Shown: positions 61,307 to 64,000 of the stretch, piece after piece | How positions within the stretch are numbered: position 1 is the stretch's first letter | Layout: each line of letters opens with the position of its first letter | Source: an uncultured Desulfosarcina sp. | Lineage (GTDB): Bacteria; Desulfobacterota; Desulfobacteria; Desulfobacterales; Desulfosarcinaceae | Assembly (NCBI GenBank): GCA_963674945.2 | Contig: CAXXWQ010000003.1 | Span: forward strand, 448,001 to 512,000 | Direction of reading: 5' to 3' | DNA length: 64,000 nucleotides | The notes under the pieces: generated by a model | What the model was told of the DNA's origin: nothing | What the model saw: only the letters and a program-made list of their open reading frames with translations | The model's database searches: none | Program-made: the position numbers and the translations under genes

Positions 61307-64000
61307 TTAAAAGGACAATGCAACCTGAGCAATGATCAAACGATCCGGAACGTATAACGGTGACAATGGCTCGCTGGTATTAAAATTTACGTCTTGAAAT
61401 GAAAATCGTTTATCGAATAGATTTTTGGCGCTGAACGTAACGGTCCCCAGCCTTTTGGGCAGACGATAGCCAAGGGTGATGTCGGCCACCCAGAAGCGAT
61501 CCTTTTGCGTCTCGCCGGCATCGTCAAGCTTCTGGTTCACATGGGTTCCGACAATCTTGGAAAAGATACCACAGTCAAAATAATAGGCAAGGGTAATCGG
61601 GAACCGATATGTCGTCAGGCGTTTCGGCGTCACGGTAATATATTCGAATTTCTCGACGAAGGCTTCCCCGCTCACGGAAAGATTGCCCCAGGGGATCCAA
61701 TTCAGATAGGCACGGTGCAATTTTTCCTCCTGGTCCTCGTAAACCGTGGCCTCCGAAGAGGTGTCATAGTTGGGAATATCGAGATCGCGCCAGGACAGTT
61801 CGATGCCGCCGAAAAGTGTGTCGAGAATCTGGACATCGGCGGCCACCCCGTATCGTGTCACCTGGCTGCCGTCGATATCATCGAAAAACTGGTTGAACCC
61901 CGCGACCTGTGTCGGCTCCAGGGTCTCGGCAACCGCAAAGGGCCGCTTGACATTCTGAAACCATGCGGCGCGCAAGGAAAGGAAATCCAGCGGCGACCAC
62001 AAAAGGCCACTTTTCAAACGGAACCATTCATCATCGACCACATAATTGTTGATTGCATCATAAGCGGCCCCGACCACACCGACCAAGCCACGGACGATGG
62101 TCGTGTTTGCGTAAAGGTATGCATTGGCATGGTAGGTGTTGCGATCGTATCTGGCCGATGTCGTAGATATATCATCCGGAAGGGAAGGATTCATGGTTAC
62201 TGCGGAAGAAGAATCGATTCGAATCTGATCCATGTGAAAGGCTCCCATTCCCGCAATGATGGCCGTTTTCGTTGACTGATGGATCCATTGAACTTCCCCG
62301 CTGAATGCATTTGCATCCGTTGCGATCAGCTGGTCTTCGTAGGACGGATTTTCGATTCGACTCACCTCGAAGCGATCCGACAATCGTTCGGCCGCATCAC
62401 TTCCGATGAGGGAAACGATCAGATGATCGCGGGGACCCATGCACACGTTTCCTCCCAGGCGAAGACTCTTTTTCGTCTCTTCGGTGCGTTTGTCGGGCGC
62501 GAATCGATCGGGACCGAACAGCATGCGCACATCGCCCCTGTCCGTATCCCGATACCGATATTCGGCTTGAATGCCATGCCTTTTTGGCAGGGACACCTGG
62601 GCGAAGACGTTATAAATATCGTGGGTGAGGTCGTTGTTTTCCCGAAACCCTTCGGTCTGGTGATGAAATTGGCCGAGTGCGTAGGAGAAATTCCGGTAAA
62701 TGCCGGACAGCGTCAGTTCATCACCGAACGTCTCGTTGTTGCCCACCACACCGGACGCCTGGAAGGTATGGCCGTCGCTTACGAACAACGGATTGAATTC
62801 GTTAAACGCCATCCGGGATGGCCCCGTTCCCTGGAGAATCAGAAGATTGGTCTCGTTCTGCTGCGACTGCAGCGGATTCACGTTGACGGGTTGCAACAAC
62901 TTGGCCTGTAACAGCTCACTGGAACGGGCGATCTCATGTCGACGAAGCCGCACATAGGTATCGGACAGGAACCGATGCCCCGCATGTTCGCCGTAGTTCG
63001 TGTTGACTGCCTTCCACCCTTGCACCAGTGCCATCTGTTCAAATCCGAGATCGCTGTAAATCCGTCCCAGGTTTGCGCTACGCGCGGCGAGGTCCTGGTC
63101 CAGCAGCAGTCGAGAGCGGTATATGGCGCGATTGTCGTTCAATTCAATGGATTTTTGCAAATCCAGTAATGCTTCCACGGGCCGGTTGAGGCTCTGCTTG
63201 CGGATGGCGTCATAGAACCAGGGGGTGGGATCGTTGGGATCCAGTTCCTTTGCGATTTCAAACTGCTCACCGTCCTTTGGACCCCGCTTCTCATCGAAAT
63301 AGGCCTTTCCCAGATAACTTCGAATGAGCGAATTGTGCGGATCCAGGCCGGCGGCAATCTCGATCTCCTTTCGTCCCTGCGCCAGGTCTCCATCGCGAAT
63401 GGTTGCCAGCCCGAGACCAAGGCGCGGCAAGGGGGCTGACGAGTCTATGTGGATGGCCGTGTTGAATGCCTTTCGCGCCTCATCGGTTTCTATGCGGGTC
63501 AGATGGGCAAACCCCAGTAAAGAGTGGGCATTGCCATTGTAGGGATCGCGCCGGATAGCCTCTTTGGCGGCTGCGACGCCTTGGTCCAGGTTCCCGAAAG
63601 AGAGCCGCAAGTCAGCCAAACGGGCCCAGGCGATGCTGTTTTCAGGAGCCTGTTCCACCGCCTCCATTGCGATGTCCAGTGCGGCATGAAGTTGAAACGC
63701 GGCTTGGAGGGCATAGGAGAGGGCAATCTTGGTGGCTGCCGATCCGGGGGAGAGACGAACCGCTGCCCGGGCGGTAGACAGGGCGATGGTTGGACGGTTC
63801 TGGACGATATCGATAATGGCCAGAAGCGCCATCGCATCGCCATCTTCCGGCGCCATCGCCAGGGCGCGACCGATATCGGAGCGCGCCTCGACAACACGGC
63901 CCACGTGGAGCAGGAGTCCTGCACGAAGCAAAAAGTATCGTTCATCTTGATCCTGCGGAGCCGTGCTGCCGAGATGATCAATGGCTTCGTCGATCCGACC
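61307..64000 (-). CDS. TPR-repeat plus TonB-receptor-like beta-barrel outer-membrane protein, 5' end outside the window
   Basis: Frame is open to position 64000. Multiple TPRs (RSYLGKAYFDEKR, DPNDPTPWFY), then amphipathic strands, KNLFD and a terminal F. Confidence 0.85.
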   Translation of the reverse strand, partial: GRIDEAIDHLGSTAPQDQDERYFLLRAGLLLHVGRVVEARSDIGRALAMAPEDGDAMALLAIIDIVQNRPTIALSTARAAVRLSPGSAATKIALSYALQAAFQLHAALDIAMEAVEQAPENSIAWARLADLRLSFGNLDQGVAAAKEAIRRDPYNGNAHSLLGFAHLTRIETDEARKAFNTAIHIDSSAPLPRLGLGLATIRDGDLAQGRKEIEIAAGLDPHNSLIRSYLGKAYFDEKRGPKDGEQFEIAKELDPNDPTPWFYDAIRKQSLNRPVEALLDLQKSIELNDNRAIYRSRLLLDQDLAARSANLGRIYSDLGFEQMALVQGWKAVNTNYGEHAGHRFLSDTYVRLRRHEIARSSELLQAKLLQPVNVNPLQSQQNETNLLILQGTGPSRMAFNEFNPLFVSDGHTFQASGVVGNNETFGDELTLSGIYRNFSYALGQFHHQTEGFRENNDLTHDIYNVFAQVSLPKRHGIQAEYRYRDTDRGDVRMLFGPDRFAPDKRTEETKKSLRLGGNVCMGPRDHLIVSLIGSDAAERLSDRFEVSRIENPSYEDQLIATDANAFSGEVQWIHQSTKTAIIAGMGAFHMDQIRIDSSSAVTMNPSLPDDISTTSARYDRNTYHANAYLYANTTIVRGLVGVVGAAYDAINNYVVDDEWFRLKSGLLWSPLDFLSLRAAWFQNVKRPFAVAETLEPTQVAGFNQFFDDIDGSQVTRYGVAADVQILDTLFGGIELSWRDLDIPNYDTSSEATVYEDQEEKLHRAYLNWIPWGNLSVSGEAFVEKFEYITVTPKRLTTYRFPITLAYYFDCGIFSKIVGTHVNQKLDDAGETQKDRFWVADITLGYRLPKRLGTVTFSAKNLFDKRFSFQDVNFNTSEPLSPLYVPDRLIIAQVALSF

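Overview
The window is chromosomal DNA from a sulfate-reducing deltaproteobacterium, probably Desulfobacterales/Desulfosarcina-like. This is inferred from a complete dsrT-dsrMKJOP cluster and the style of the intergenic repeats. From left to right it holds: (1) a partial hsp20, a tandem-RHH-like protein and glgP. (2) A nitrogen/glutamate locus with a KaiC-like/XRE/cupin regulator, an FMN glutamate-synthase-family gene behind an ANTAR attenuator, a GAF-ANTAR gene and a class II GATase. A visibly more AT-rich block follows, with an IS66-family element, a sigma-54 two-component system, a KaiC-like/PEP-dikinase-like protein and gdhA. (3) A four-gene Zorya type III-like operon preceded by two NrdR-box-like sites. 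(4) dsrTMKJOP. (5) Housekeeping genes: ygiQ-type radical SAM, class IV aminotransferase, a dynamin-like GTPase pair, htpX, hsp20, lon, rlpA, gmhB, recD2, nadB, REC/HD-GYP, Ca/Na antiporter, nitroreductase, porin and rmuC. (6) A TPR/beta-barrel receptor, small Cys-rich lipoprotein and Crp module, with tandem CRP boxes in front of a frameshifted zinc-finger gene. The strongest leads are the NrdR-boxed Zorya-like operon, the shared degenerate KaiC domain in the nitrogen locus, the split ANTAR RNA element and the Crp module. All calls come from reading motifs by eye; no database searches were run.
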